Part shown: one piece after another, positions 1 to 13,890 of the stretch | Layout of the letters: each line of letters starts with the position of its first letter | Position numbering within the stretch: position 1 is the stretch's first letter | Assembly: GCA_002269645.1 (NCBI GenBank) | Contig: NIVC01000297.1 | Coordinates: 186,001 to 250,000, forward strand | Origin: Macrostomum lignano | Taxonomy: Eukaryota | DNA length: 64,000 nucleotides | Direction of reading: 5' to 3' | Position numbers and translations under genes: made by a program | Notes under the pieces: generated by a model | Database searches by the model: none | What the model was told of the DNA's origin: nothing | Seen by the model: only the letters and a program-made list of their open reading frames with translations

Positions 1-2465
1 CTGATTGGGAGGCCTTAAAGTTCACCCTGGATTCAACCCTTCGGGACTCCTACTTTCCGATCTCCATTGACTCTTGCCAAGAAACGGAGGTTTGTGTGGC
101 TGTTCTCACGGACTCGCTAACCTCCGCTTTCGAGGCCTCCTACCCGCTTAAAGCCTACAGGGGCAAAACGTCGGCTCCGAGGTGGAACCCTAAGCTTGGC
201 GACCTCCGCCGCAAAGCCAAACGGTTACATCGCAGGGCCACCAAATCTAAACGCCCAACGGACCAGACCGCCTACCTTGAAGCAATTCATGAGTTCAAAA
301 AGGAGGTCATGAACGCTAAGGCTAACAAATGGCGCGAATACTGTGAGGAACTGGAGGGCGCACGCCCTACATCCCGCATAGTAAAAGCGCTGAACTTGGA
401 CAAAATTTCCAAACTTTCCTCGGTAAAGCGGGCCGACGGCACGCATACCGAGAATCCTGGGGAGACGCTGGAGCTTATGCTTTCAGCCTCCTTCCCAAAT
501 GAGGCCCTCGCAAATGATCCCTCGGACCATGCTGAAGGCTCCACCGTTTCTGGCCTCTTCCTTTATTATGAAGGAGCGCATCATGAAAGCTGCAAACTCT
601 TTTAAACCTTATAAAGCGCCTGGACCAGACGGCATCGTATCGGCCCTAATTAGAGAGGCGGTCCAATGCAAGAGGTTCCTCACGCACCTTTGCAAGATTC
701 TCAAAGCCTGCATTACGTTTGGCTATGTCCCGAAACTGTGGACTGAGGCGAGGGTAATTTTCATTCCTAAGCCCGGCCGCCCGGACTACCATTCTGTTAA
801 ATCCTTTAGACCAATCAGCTTGACCTCCTCGATGGTCAAACTGATGGAACGGCTGGTGCTCTGGCGCCTGCAGTCCGTGGAGCTAAAGAACATGCCGCTT
901 AGCGAGAACCAGCACGCTTTTCGGGCAGGACTCTCCACCGAAAGTGCGCTGCATATACTGGTGGAGAAGCTGGAGAAAGCTGTGCTTGGCAACGGCTATG
1001 CCCTAGCGGTCTTCCTGGATATCGTGGGAGCCTTTGACAACGTCCTCTTCGAGGCGTTTCGAAGGGCTCTACAAACGAGAATGACACAGTCTCACCTCAC
1101 GCGGTGGATCATGTACATAATTAGCCACAGATCTGCTACGGCACACCTGCTAGGTCATGAACGGACGGTTCCCGTCTGCAAAGGCTGTCCGCAAGGTGGT
1201 GTCCTATCTCCAATTCTCTGGAATATGGTTATCGACGAGCTTCTACGGGATGCCTGTCCTAACTCTATTCTGAAGGTTGGTTATGCTGACGATGTCACGG
1301 CGGTAGCCTCTGGGCCATCGCCGGACACCCTGTGTGATCTCCTTCAGAACTTCATTAACAGAACTTCGTTGGGCGGACCGATGCGGTCTGAAGCTCTCCG
1401 AGACTAAGACCGCTGTGGTCATATTCACCAGCAGGACGAAATGGCAATCCCGCCATCTCACGCTCTACGGACAGGAAATCCCCTTTCGTAAGCAAGTCGG
1501 AAACGGCCCCTCACCATTGCTGAAGGGTCTTGGGGTCACCCTTGATCACAGGCTGAACTGGTCCCCGCATGTTCATGCCAAGACTAAAAAGGCCTTCGCG
1601 ATCCTGGCGCAACTGCGCAGGGCGGTTGGCACTACTTGGGGCCTTACCCTCAAACGCCTCTGGTGGATCTACACTGCTATGGTCAGGCCGGCGATCTCCT
1701 ACGCCGGACTGATCTGGGCGAGTGAGCTGCAGATTAAGACCTGCTTCGAGGCTCTTAACGAGTGCAGGGGCGCGCTTGTCGAATGATAATGAGCGCCCCG
1801 CCCTCTGCTCCCTTCGACGGCCTCAACGCCTTCCTTGACCTGCCTCTGCTGGACATTTTCGTCCGCAGTGCGGCGGCCAAGGCAGCCCGGCGTCTCATCG
1901 ACACCGGCATCATTCTCAAGCCCCAGAGGGCAATGGCTAAGCGCAAGCTTCTGCCTCACTCCGACCTCTGTCTCAAAGATTTGCTGGAGAGCGGCGGCCT
2001 CAACGTCCTTTCGGACGGGGAACCCCGCACGCTCAACCTCTGTCTTCGATTCAAGGTCAGTCTTCCTCCCCGCGAGGAGGCTAACGACCACTGGAATCCC
2101 CAGGAGATCCACTGCTACACAGACGGATCCCTAAAAGACGGTCTCTCCGGCTTTGGGGTCTGCATTCTCATCAATGGCCGCGTGCTCGCCACGCATGCCC
2201 AGCACACTGGAAGACTCTCTACTGTCTTCCAGAACGAGGTCCTGGCTATCAGCTCTTGCGCTGCAGAGCTTTGCAGCAAAAATACCTCTGGTAAAACTAT
2301 CGTTTACCACTCCGACAGCCAGGCAGCTCTGCTGGCCCTCTGTCACACCACTACGGCTTCCCGGACGGTCTCTGACTGCGTCCGGATGCTCAATGCGCTG
2401 GGACGCAAAAATGTTGTCCAGCTCAAATGGATCCCATGTCATGCGGGTTTCCCTGGAAACGATCT
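1..2465 (+). mobile_element. Non-LTR retrotransposon with RT and RNase H (LOA/R1/I group, Lian-Aa1-like), frameshifted, truncated at the 3' end and continuing beyond the window start
   Basis: Overlapping ORFs 96-605, 499-1407, 1334-1786 and 1762-2496 give KAPGPDG, FIPKPG...FRPISLTS, QHAFRAG, VFLDIVGAFD, GCPQGGVLSPILW, YADD, LGVTLDHRLNW and RNase H (YTDGS, EVLAI, SDSQAAL, WIPCHAGFPGND). Homology stops at about 2465. Confidence 0.92.
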
Positions 2466-2702
2466 GAGCATGAATAGCATGCATGCAGCAGCCTGACTGT
2501 CTGTTGAAAGCGCCTCCACTATGGAACAGTCGGAAGTTGCTCAACAACAGCAAGTAATGGTGATCGTCCATTCAATTTCGCCAAAATTCATGTGAAATTT
2601 ACACTTCGCAGGACTCCTAAAAATATTCTTTGGAACGAAAGCATTGTGCATACGAGCTACATTTGTAAGCTTATGTGCAGTTCAAGAGTCAGCGTAACTC
2701 AC

Positions 2703-3057
2703 CACTAACTGTGAAATTGCTAACAATGTCAGGGCTGTAATATGTGATGAAGTTGGTCGGGCAGATGGTCACGGTCGGAAACTTGAAGTCGGCGCCCTCG
2801 TTGGAGAACTCGGTGCTCACCGGGTAGCTCAGGTACCGCTGAGCGAGCTCTGCAAGGTGCACGGAGAAGCCGATGCAGGCGCCCACAATGGCCAGGGCCC
2901 AGATGAGGCGGCGCAGACCGGAGCCCTGCGTCAGGCGCACCAGGCCGTGCGCGGTGGTCTGCTGGGCGAAGGCGATGAGGGCATTCTCGCGGAGCTGCTG
3001 CAAGAGGGAGTCGCTCAGCTCTGACTGCGACTGCTTCTGCTGCTCGCTGGATGCCAT
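2703..3057 (-). CDS. DEG/ENaC-family sodium channel, first coding exon (rest of gene presumably left of the window)
   Basis: FAQQTTAHG (pre-M1 HG motif), TM1 LIWALAIVGACIGFSVHL, YLSYPVST and FPTVTICPTN. Acceptor ttctag at 3076, ATG at 3057, donor G|GTGAGT at 2703/2702. Confidence 0.9.
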
Positions 3058-4676
3058 CTTGCTCTGCTTCCTCACCTAGAAGATGCAAGCGTTGCAATTA
3101 GTTAAAAATTTGGTTGCATTTATGAATGAGATGCCATAATGACTTCTGGTTTCCAATTTTCTACCTGAAATCGGCAAGAATTTAACTTTCAGTCTGCAGA
3201 AAGACTGCTTCTCACAGGCTTCACTGCAGCGGTACCGGCCCCTGCCGGGTCTCCCTCCACCAATCGCTGCTTCGGGCTCGCTACTCATGCAGGAAGCCGC
3301 GTTATGGAAGCTGAAACTCCTTGCGCTGCCACCGCTTTGAATTATTAATTCTGTTAAGGAACCCTGCAGGCGTCTACTGCAACCCGGTCCTACTCTTCAC
3401 TCATGTGGGCTCGTGTTGGAATTTAATTTAGGCTTTTTTGCTCCTCACTGCTCCCGTTAGTGCGCTCATGCATCCATTTAGGCAATGGAGAAAAACTCGC
3501 GGCTAGGGAAGTTTACTAAGCAGCTTTTTCTAGCACAAGTGCGCCGGATCCGTCTGCATAGGCGATTTTAAATATACAAAAATGCTAGCCGGCATTTCTG
3601 GTTGTCATGACAGCGACTACTTCTTTGCGCAGTTTGCAGCATAGAGGCAACTCTGCAGCCTCTTCACTCAATAGAAGAATCAGCAATCAGTCGCATGGGG
3701 GGGGATAAATTAAATTTCTGTGAGTTCACAGCTGCTTACTGACCGGCGCGGCAATGAGTCCGCCTAATGAGTCCGCCTAATGAGAGATGCTGTGCAGCAC
3801 AGTCCTGTGTGAGAATTACATTCCTCATTAATACAATGCCATGCCAACCATAAAGAGTCGTCATGTCAATTGCAAAAGACGCATCCGGGAAGTGCTAAGA
3901 TGTCAAGGCTCATATGGGGGTTGCTCAGATGCTTTGATCCAAAGCTAAAAATCCGTAAGAGGTCTGGTATCTTAGGCTTAGACAGCTGCATGGCCTTCAG
4001 GGCTGATGCTTTATTGCTTTAGCCATTATTTTTCTTAAGACATTAACAATAGCGACTGGACAGGTCAAAACCTGAATGTATTCATTAGTGTATAATGCAT
4101 AATGTAATAATGTATTATTATAATGTATAATGTATTATACATTATAATGTATTCTAATATTCAAACATTTTTATTCCTTTCTTTGTTGCCTCCCGAACGG
4201 AAGCGCAGATTGCTAGTGCATACCTGAAACTATCAGGTCACATTGCTCGCACATGTAGGCGCCAATTATAATAATTAGGAAAATATTAAATATTAGAAAA
4301 ATGAAACTCAAAATTTTGTCTCACTATGTTAAAGATTGAAATAAAGGCCATAGTAGAATATCTACGTCAGGTTTATTTAGCTTTTAGCGACGCAATTACG
4401 GTACGGATGCTCATAGATAAGGTAAAGAAAGATGCCGCAATGATCCACCGTGGCACAGCCAAGCAAAATCCAGATTGCTTTTGCAAAGCGATAAAGCGCC
4501 AACGTAAGGTTAGTTGACAAGAAATAAATGCCGCATGACAGTAAATGCTGTTTGCCAGTTGCTGCATAAAATGGTGCGAGCCTATTGCATTGTTCCAATC
4601 GCAAGCGACGAGCAAGTTAGCCATGAGTTTGCACTCAGTTCCTCCGATATTCTGAGGAAGAAGTCGCAGCTCACTG

Positions 4677-6769
4677 TCAGTTTCTACTGCAAGTTGTAGG
4701 CGTTGCCACTATCCGCCGAATGTAGCTCTGGAATTGAACCAAGTCAGCTGTTACAGTCATGCAATTCGATCTTCTTAGCCCATGCAGCTTACCAGCTTCT
4801 CCAGAAGGCAGCAGCTTGGACTGCGAATCGCCAGACAGGCGGTGCGACTTCCAGACGGTAGGCGGCGGCGGTGTCCCTTGCTGCCGTAGGTCACCGTCAC
4901 CCCGCCGCATCAGGCTGGGCGGGAAGGGGCCGCACAGAATCCGGCTGCAGTTTGCCGGGCAGCCCCGGTCGAACGGGTTGACCCGGGTTTGATCGTCCTC
5001 GCGCAGGGACGAGACTACGAAGGTCTGCTTGGACTGCAAAATTGTTCAGTGAAGAGATGCGAAGGCGCATGAGTGACTCATTCACACCCCAACCATGAGC
5101 TGCGTCAATCAAGCTCATTATTAATGTACAAAGGAATCGAAATTTACCTGTCAGACTGTGAACACACAAAAATTCATTTTATTCGAGGCTACTGTCCAGT
5201 GGATTCAGGGAAATTTTTATGAGTTAGTCAGAGATTTGCAGTGAGATGAGTAAGATGAGCAGTGAGATAAGTAAGATGAGCAGTGAGATGAATAGGATGG
5301 GCACTGAGATGAGTAGGATGGGCACTGAGATGAGTAGGATGGGCACTGAGATGAGTAGGATGGGCACTGAGATGAGTAAGATGGGCAGTGAGATGAGCAG
5401 TTAGATGAATAAGATGAGCAGTGAGATGAGTAAGATGAGCAGTGAGATGGTAAGATGAGCAGTGAGATGAGTGATGTTAGGCCCAGACCATCTCATCGCT
5501 GCTTCGTGGTTGAAAGTTTATTGATCATTCAAGACATTCTCGAACAGACAGAGACACCAGATTCAATCAAACTTCCACCTTCTTCCAGTCGTAATTGTCC
5601 GAAACCATTGGACTCACATCCTCACTAGTAGTGAGTTCGGTGCAGACCAGTCCGGCATGGTAGACCAACATGATAAGCATCGAGCCGGCAGTAGCGGCCG
5701 CCACAATTGCATTAATCAAAGTAAAGGAAGTGCATCGCAAGTTGAAGTCGACGATTTTCACATCGATTTTTGGCATCAGGATGCGTGGTTAAGGAAAATA
5801 AGCTGTCAGCTCAATGGGGTTACAGATACAATGAAATTGTATAAAACACAAAAAACATTGCCTTTAATTAGCTGCTAAACCCATACAATATGCGAAAGGA
5901 TATCTTGTTGGTGCTTGGGCGATCCCGTTTACAAAGGCTTTCCAATCTCCACTGTGAGGAACTGAAATCATAAAGAAATTCGGCTTTTACGCTCGTAAAA
6001 TGCCGTTTTCGTGCGAGTTGAACAGCTTTATAGCAAAATACTTAGAGACTTCCAATAACTAAGTTGCAGTTTTAGCCACTAAACTTACGGCCGAAAAGGT
6101 GATAACTGAGAAGAAAAGGACAAACAGGCTGTAAACCTGCAAGCCGAGGATGAACATAAAAAACTGGCGATAGTTGCGAGCTCCGATGCAGTTGCCAACC
6201 CAGAAACAGTGGTGATCAAAGCGGAGGACGCAGTTGTCGCACCGGGAGCAATGACCCGCGCGAGGTGGCCGCCACAGACGGCAGGTGGCACAGAACTTCT
6301 GATCGTAGCTGCGGCCGCAGATTGCTATCTTACGCTTGTCGCTTCGCACCCATCTTTCGTCTGCAAAAGGCGGAATGGTTTTTTTTACTGCAGATATAGA
6401 GCAGCACACTAAATGTCGCAGTATTCTTATAATACTCGTAGCTCTATGGCAGCTGTCGAAATGTCACAAACCAGGCATCAAAGATTCGAAATACTCAGCC
6501 TCGTCAGGCAGAGGTCTCGGCACAACGCCGGGGTCAGTAAGTGCAGTTGCAAGGAGGCAACTCACGACGAACGCTGCCAGAAGTGCACCAGCAACTGGGA
6601 CGCACGGCGAGACGGCGGTGGCCAATGCAGGACAGTCTACAGCGAAGAATAAGCATGAACTGAGCAGTAGGCTAGTCAATGTGACCAAGAATGATCCACG
6701 GTTTTTATTCTTGACACAGCATGTGTTGCACAGTAAGCGAAAGATTACTTTGTGCACTTCAGTGCTCAT
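4677..6769 (-). CDS. ZDHHC: DHHC palmitoyltransferase, ZDHHC9/14/18 (Erf2) subfamily; 4 coding exons with an apparent 1-nt frameshift in exon 3
   Basis: Exons 6769-6472, 6387-6089, 5802-5618 and 5033-4677, all GT-AG. Motifs [54 protein letters not shown] and [18 protein letters not shown]. Confidence 0.9.
5235..5470. repeat. 21-bp minisatellite (gagatgagtaggatgggcact) in ZDHHC intron 3
   Basis: About 11 degenerate tandem copies visible. Confidence 0.9.
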
Positions 6770-9700
6770 TCTGAAGAATAAATAATGCTCGTCATTGAAG
6801 TATTTATGACACAAATTTTATAAAAGTGCTATAGATACTTTTTATGCAAACTTAGATAATTTAAAAATTCATGCACAGAAAAACCCTTTACTATATAACA
6901 GATAGTCCTGTATTAATTTAGTCAAGTGTAGATTGGATGAAAATTAGTATTTTAGTATCAGCCTTTACCATTAGAATACAAATTAAAAAAACAGAAACAT
7001 TCTAAAATAGTTACAAGAACAATTCCGAGCATGCCAGAAATATTGTAAAAACAGCATAATATGGAATGAAAAAATAGACGATTTTTCCCAGAGAGTTTTG
7101 GCCCAGCTTTACTTAATTTTAGGTGATAGGAACTGTTTGTCAGAAATATTTTCAGGAAATAGGTATTTGTTGCATGTCTTGAAACAAACTCTAAGAAAGG
7201 ATTTACAAACTGGTTTTCAACATATCTTTTACATTTTAAATAGAATTAGACAACACTAGTCATATGATAGAAAATTTTAATACAAGAAGACTAGCCATAG
7301 AATAGAACATTCTAATACAATAAGTTTCAAGAGCTTTTCAAGACCTTATCCTGATATAAGGTCAATTGATTATATATACCATCGAGTAGGCTTAACTTAT
7401 TATGCACTTGATTATGCTTCATTGGATAGAAGCATAATCAATTACAAAAATATATAACTTCAGAAAATTTAGACGTTTTAAAACTAGACTTACTGCAATA
7501 GGAATTTTGGAAGTCTTAAAATTATCGGGAAAGAATTACTATTGTATGTAGGCTTAGCCTATCAGGATTTGGTTCCAGCCTCAGTTATTGTGGCTAGAGC
7601 AGCAAATATATTCTATTATAAACCAGGCTTAAAATTGATAATTTCGTATAATTTAATATATAATAAACTATAAACGGACAAAAAGATATATGAAATTTTT
7701 TGAAACAAAAAGTTGAAAATGTCAAGGGACAGCCTCGGAAAACTCTGCGCACTGTACGCATGCGGTGGTATGGTTAAAAAAATAATTAATTAATGAAAAT
7801 TTCTATTTCACAGCTTGTTATTAGATTTACGCTAAAATATTTAAGCAAAAAATATTCTTGACCTGAGCAAAGACGTTGGTTAGTTATAAAACATGTTGTT
7901 TTTTTGTTTGTCTTTTACTTTTAAAAAACCCGCTAGGCCAGCACACGTTTCGAACAACGGTTGTGTAAATACCCAAGTCGCCGTTTGAAATACGAGTGAC
8001 GAAGTCGTGCAGGCAATTCTTGTCGGCTGTGCTCACTTGCCGAGGGGAGAAAGTCTTAAAGATTCCTGCTCAAACAATTACTGTATTTATAACCATTGGC
8101 GATGTTTTGCAGACCTCGTGCGAGGCTTAAAAGCGTAATTCACGCGCGGGAATAAAATCAATTCCAGAATACATTCAAATATATATGGAAACTAAGCGAG
8201 TCGGAGAAAAGAATGCGACTGCGCAACAAATTAAGTCAGCAGGGTGCACAGTGCGTACGGTACGGGGAAAGGACAACTTGTTACAGTTGAAAAAAAAACA
8301 CGTAGGCCTATTCTAATCTAAATCATGTTTTAACTTTCATGGTCTGAGAATATAGCTTCTTTTCTATTTATTTTCTGAATTTTTTCCCTGTCTGTGGGTT
8401 CTCAAAAATAACTTGCATATAGTAACTATGTACTGTAAGGAAGCTTAGAGAAATATTTGTGAAATTTGTTACATTGATATGCCATCGATAAACCAGTAAT
8501 AATATTACTGGTATTATAGTCATATCATCAAATTTTAACTGTAAATTGCTCATATTATTGGCATTTAGACTAGGCCTAGTTTTTGCAAAAAAATGATTTC
8601 CATATTATTTTATTTGTATTTAATTTTAATTTTAATAATACAAGAGATAGGCTTAGTCTGTTAGTCAACACAGGCTGGTAATTGTCAAGTTTCATTTATT
8701 AAACTATTTGGACTCCAAAATTCAAAAAAATCAGAAAAATATAAAAGCCCTACTTTTATATTGAACATTTAATAAAGCTTATTTAATTTACATAGAATTT
8801 TTATATTACATAGGCCTAGCATAGCCCTACTGCCTAGGCTTAGCTTAGGGCCTACTTAATGGATACAAGGGAGAAAAGATTGGGATCCTGACCCTAAAAC
8901 TTTAAAAGAAATAAGAATTCAAAAGAGATCTTTTGATTCAAAATTTGTACAATTTTTGCTTGAATGCATTTTTATTAACTTATAGTTGTGAAGTTGTAGG
9001 CCTATTCTTTTAATTTTTTAACTTTTGAGTTTAAGTTGTCTTAGTTGTTACTTTGTTAGTTAGGCCTACTAAACTTTGTATTTATTCAGTAGGCCTATTC
9101 TAAGCCTATTATGTTTTACCTTTTAATCTTAATGTGACATTTTATATTGATATTATGTCTTTTCTCTATACTTCTATATAGACCTACAAACTATATATTA
9201 AAAGACCTGATAATAGACCCAATTCTTAAACCTTATTTTATTCTTTGATCTTAATCCTTAAGTCTAAACCTAAGAGAAGTTATTCCTAGGCCAAGTCCTA
9301 ATCCCAATACTGCCTAATCACTTCAATCCCATCAAACCTCTATCTAGTGAGGTGGGGGTAGAGAAAGTTTTTCCTGGAATGGTTGCTTTTGAAGATTTGC
9401 AGACCAGTTGAGATGAGGTGAATTCCACATTTGAATTACCACCGGCATTGAGTTAGACAAATAAAATGGAAAAATTTGCGCAGACGAATCACAACAGAAA
9501 TCTTTCTCCTTTTACTCCAACTGCCGGGTTCTCAAGTCTGGGGGGAGGGTAGTTGTACTCGTAGCAGAGTGGTCGTTAGTGGCGCGGTCGTTCAATTCAT
9601 TGAAACACTGGAGATTTCTGACTCCGTAAATTAATGCTTTGATTAGCTGAGCTCGTTACTTTTAATAGGATAGTTGCTGCCACCACCATAATTTACGTAT

Positions 9701-10039
9701 TTATGTAATTTACAAATGAAATAAGTCTCAGAGCTTTCTTTGAGATGAGAACTTTGGTTATTTTACACCCTACAGGCAAATGACTCAAGAGATACTATGG
9801 CTTTAAGTTAATGAATAAATATTAATTGAAGTTTGTTATAATTGCTTATTTTAGCAGGCTGGATATTAAAAGATAAATGCTAACTCGACACTACGCAGAT
9901 GAAACGGGGGCCAAGGCCGAAACAGTCAGTATTAACTGGGTTTAACTAGCAAAACAGAGCATTGACTTTATAAACAACCAATAAACACAGACAAACTGGT
10001 ACTCAAACAAACCAAAGTAGGCGAGAAAAGAAAAGGTAC

Positions 10040-10140
10040 AAGCAGGGCGAGGAGAGCAAGCGAGCAAGAGAAAGAGCAAGAGTGAGCAAGAGAGAGCGAG
10101 AGAGAGAGAGCAAGCAAGAAAGAGCAAGCGAGAGAAAGCG
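10040..10140. repeat. AG/AGCA-rich microsatellite
   Basis: gagcaagcgagcaagag...gagagagagag tract. Confidence 0.8.
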
Positions 10141-13100
10141 AAAATCTTTGCATTATATACAAAATAATACATTGGTCCTGCAGTGTGGACAGAGGCTGGG
10201 CATGCACTGGGGAAAAAACACGTAATAGGGCATAATGCGGGGCGGCATGAAACACATTAAGAAAACAAAAATTAATGTGCACATCCCGCTGCATATAAGA
10301 AAAAAGAATGTTACGGGTACAGTCAAATCCCGCAACAGGAGTGAGGTCACTCCAATAATGGGGGAAAACATCATGCACCACATTCATACAAGAATTCAAA
10401 AAGTCAAGTTCAAGTTTTCATTGTATCTTTACGTGGCAACCCACCTGCCACACTAGCAATAATAAATTCTAACTAAATTTTAGTAATCACTATCTATCCT
10501 TACAGTAGGCCCTAAGCATATAATTTGTAAAATCTAATTGTTAAATAAAGGCATATTTCCAAAATACTTTTAAAAGTTGTTAATTAAAGAAAAGTTATAT
10601 AACAGGGTCTAGGAACATATTACATATAGGGAAAGGTTTTTTTGCATAGGAAAGAAAGGTATCCAATGCAATTTATACCTGGGCTGCAATACTGTTTTAT
10701 TTATTAAAATTAAGTGTACTATAGGGTTATTCATCTATCTTTATGAATTGTCCTAAAGCTGTTACTGAGTTATACTAAGGCTAGGGCTATACTAGGGCCA
10801 TACCATAGCGCGTGTTGCTGCACTGGACCAGATACCTCATGGTCACTATGCCTTTTTTATTTTTTTAGAAGCAGGGGGGTTGTATGCACCCTGGCGCACT
10901 TTAAGTGACATAGGCACACAACTGGCAAGAGGCATTACTGCCCATTCTGCCAACTCCCTTGAGCAGGCATACAAGCGCGCAGATACGTACGCAGGCACGC
11001 ATTCACACAGGAGTGTACAGCGGCCCTAACTTTATATTATTGTTAGGCATGTACACTTCACTATGCCTTGGGGGGTTGGCTCTTAAAGCCATTAATTGCA
11101 CAAGCAGAGCCAAGCCGAGATTCCAATTCAGCCCCAAATTAATGTGACTGCACTTGGAATTGAGCCTGGGTCGCTGGCACACCAGAGCAGCTGCGCTACT
11201 GCTGGGCTACGGCCCCCCTTGTCGCTACGCATTGGTGGTATCAAACCCTACAGTTACAGGCAATCATATTGGCAGTGGCATTGTACACCTGCCAGTTGGA
11301 TAGCAGGTAGCTGGCCAGGCTGATTTAGTCCCATGTGCTGTTGGTTATCTTGTACTCCCTCAGCTTGTACTCGTTTGTCTTGTAGAAAATGTCAAAGAGA
11401 AACAGCTGAAGCAGGGAAATTGTTTAGGACTGATTGAGATTGCATGGATTATGTATGCTGGTTCATGGACAACTGAAGCAGAAGTGATTGAGATTGCACA
11501 GATGATGAATGTAGGTTCATGGACAGGTGAAGCAGAAGGATGTTGTCTTAAAGCTGTTACTGAGTTGTACTAGGGCTATACTTCTTTCTATTTTAAATGT
11601 CCTAATGTTGGTGGCTGCTACCAAGACTATTCTATTAATAAATTATAAGTTTATTAATCTTAGAATAAGTCTGAAAATGTTTCTTAGAATTAGAATTAGT
11701 CTGAGTAGTTTTCCCTAGGATCCCTAGGATTCCTAGGTTATCCCTATGAAAAAACATCTAGTGAATCTGCCTAAGCTAGTTCATCTAGGAAAAATGTCTA
11801 GGAATACTAGCCTTTTGCTCGGAGCCAAGCAGGCGGTCTCTGCAGTATGCAGGATGGTCTCTTTTGGGCCTTCACCTACTATGTATTTATACTAAAATTT
11901 GGGGGTCTCAGGGCCAATAGGAAGCTCAGAGGCAGTTCCGTGGCAGATCCCATGGCAGTTCTGTGGACTACCCGGAGCTAGGAACAATCTTGGAGATGTC
12001 CATAGGACATCTGCCTCATCACGGGGCCTCCGCATGGCCTGCTAGTACACTGCTTGCATGTTGCAGCATGCAAGGAGTGCACCCAAGACCCCACAAGAGC
12101 CTACCCCGGGCAGAGAGCTATGCTCTTACTCCCGCTGGCTAACTAAGACTGTACTAGGGGAGAAATATCCCACTGACTAATGTTTCTATTTTTAGCCCAT
12201 TGCAGACTGCGCCAGGGGGAGAGAGGGAGAGAGTTTCTCTCCCTGTCCCGCAATAGCTGCACACCTGAGCCTGCACAAGGGAAGAGGAGAAAGGGACGGG
12301 AGTGCTGCAAGCGCGCAGGCCCTATGCCCAGCTCCCACTGCTATAGCCCCAGAACTAACTGACTGACTAAGAGGGGATCCCAGGAGCAGCCTATGCTAGC
12401 TATGCTGGATCACCACATTTTCTTGGTACACTCATCAATTCTTAATCTTCTTAGCTGGTTTGAACCGCAGGCAGGGAGTTGGTCTTCTACCACCAAAACT
12501 TGCTTCTATTCATACTATATTTAATTACCAGTTTAAACAAAAATTAAATTGCTAAAATATTTTGAAAAAAGTGTATAGTATAACAAAGTGAGTTTCTTAG
12601 TTTTTATGTGGATCTGAATGTAATAGAATTGATGAATAAAATGGGTAAAAAGAAAGCAGCCTACCTCATAAGCTAAGCCATTAATAGCCAACATATATTG
12701 GTATAATCCTATTATATTTATATAATTTTATTATATTTAATTTAGTCTTTTGTTGACTAATGAGAAAATTATAGGCCTTTAATAAATAAACAAGCCTATA
12801 AAACCTTGAGAAGCTAGGCCAAAATAAGAAACATTCTAAATAGATATTTTTATTATATTTTTATTATTTTTTATTACTAAGTATAAAGAACTTTCAAGAC
12901 TTGATCTACAATGCCAAAAATGCATTGTTGTTTATAAGACCAAAACTTCATAAAAATGAACTTTCATAATTGAGACAGCCTAGAAATTATTTTAGCAACC
13001 ACTCAAAACCTAAAATCAAAGATTTATATTAACCCAAACCTGAAATTTTAAAGCCAACAAAGCAAGCAATTGAGATTTAGTTTTTTATTCTTTTAAATAC

Positions 13101-13733
13101 ATTACAAGTGTAAATATATTTAGAGCTTCAAGATCAAATTAGCTTCAATGAACAATAGCTATTGTGCAGTTTTAGCTAAGAGCCAATTCCTCTTCTTAGT
13201 CACAATCAGCCCCTTCCTTAGCATTAAAGAAACATTTAGAATCTATGCTAGAGGCAGGCACATTTAGAATATGCCTAATAAGCACTTCTAGTTGAGCATA
13301 CTCATGCCTATTGTCTGTCCACTAATGCAATGTGGCAACTGTCTACTGATTGGTTTCACTAGGTAATAGAAGCACTGGTTCCTGCAGATAAGCAGCCACC
13401 TTAGTAGGCAATTGGAGCATAGTCGGTATTGTTGCCACATGGAGCAGCCAGGCTAGTCTAAGCTATTGACAGTTTTTGCAGAATGGCTTGTGCTTTGTTT
13501 TGTGCCAAAGCATAATTGCAAAAGCCCAAAAATCTCAATAATATGGGTCCAGCAATGATAACTCATTATTCAAGTTCAGGATATCAAAGAACTGACACTT
13601 GATAGATGCCAGTAGATCTCCAGCCAATGAACACCTTTAGCTATTGGATCACCATGTGCGGCATATTCCAGGAAGGCACATAGTCATTGGAGCTGTTATA
13701 AAGATGGATAAATGAAATTTGAATTAATATTAG

Positions 13734-13890
13734 TGTTGTGTACGGCTTGTACGCCGGTTAGGGTTCTTGCGTTCTGATTGGCTGGGCAGTTTATAAGTGC
13801 GCACCGGCCTTTCAAGCCTTTGTTACTTTTCTACCCTGCAATCGCTTCTCGCATCGTATTCATTTGGCCACGCTGCCTCAAAGTACAACA
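13734..13890 (+). repeat. 5' LTR (157 bp)
   Basis: tgttgtgtacgg...aagtacaaca; matches 17894-18124. Confidence 0.93.

Noticed and set aside
7720-8300. Possible bidirectional promoter for ZDHHC and importin-alpha
   Set aside because: GC-richer island with TGCGCA motifs and donor-like sites, but no sequence-only evidence ties it to either transcript.
10740-11590. ~40-bp duplicated segment (taaagctgttactgagtt.tacta.ggcta) about 800 bp apart, with degenerate ~60-bp repeats near 11400-11540
   Set aside because: No termini, TSD or ORF to support an element; probably an old local duplication.
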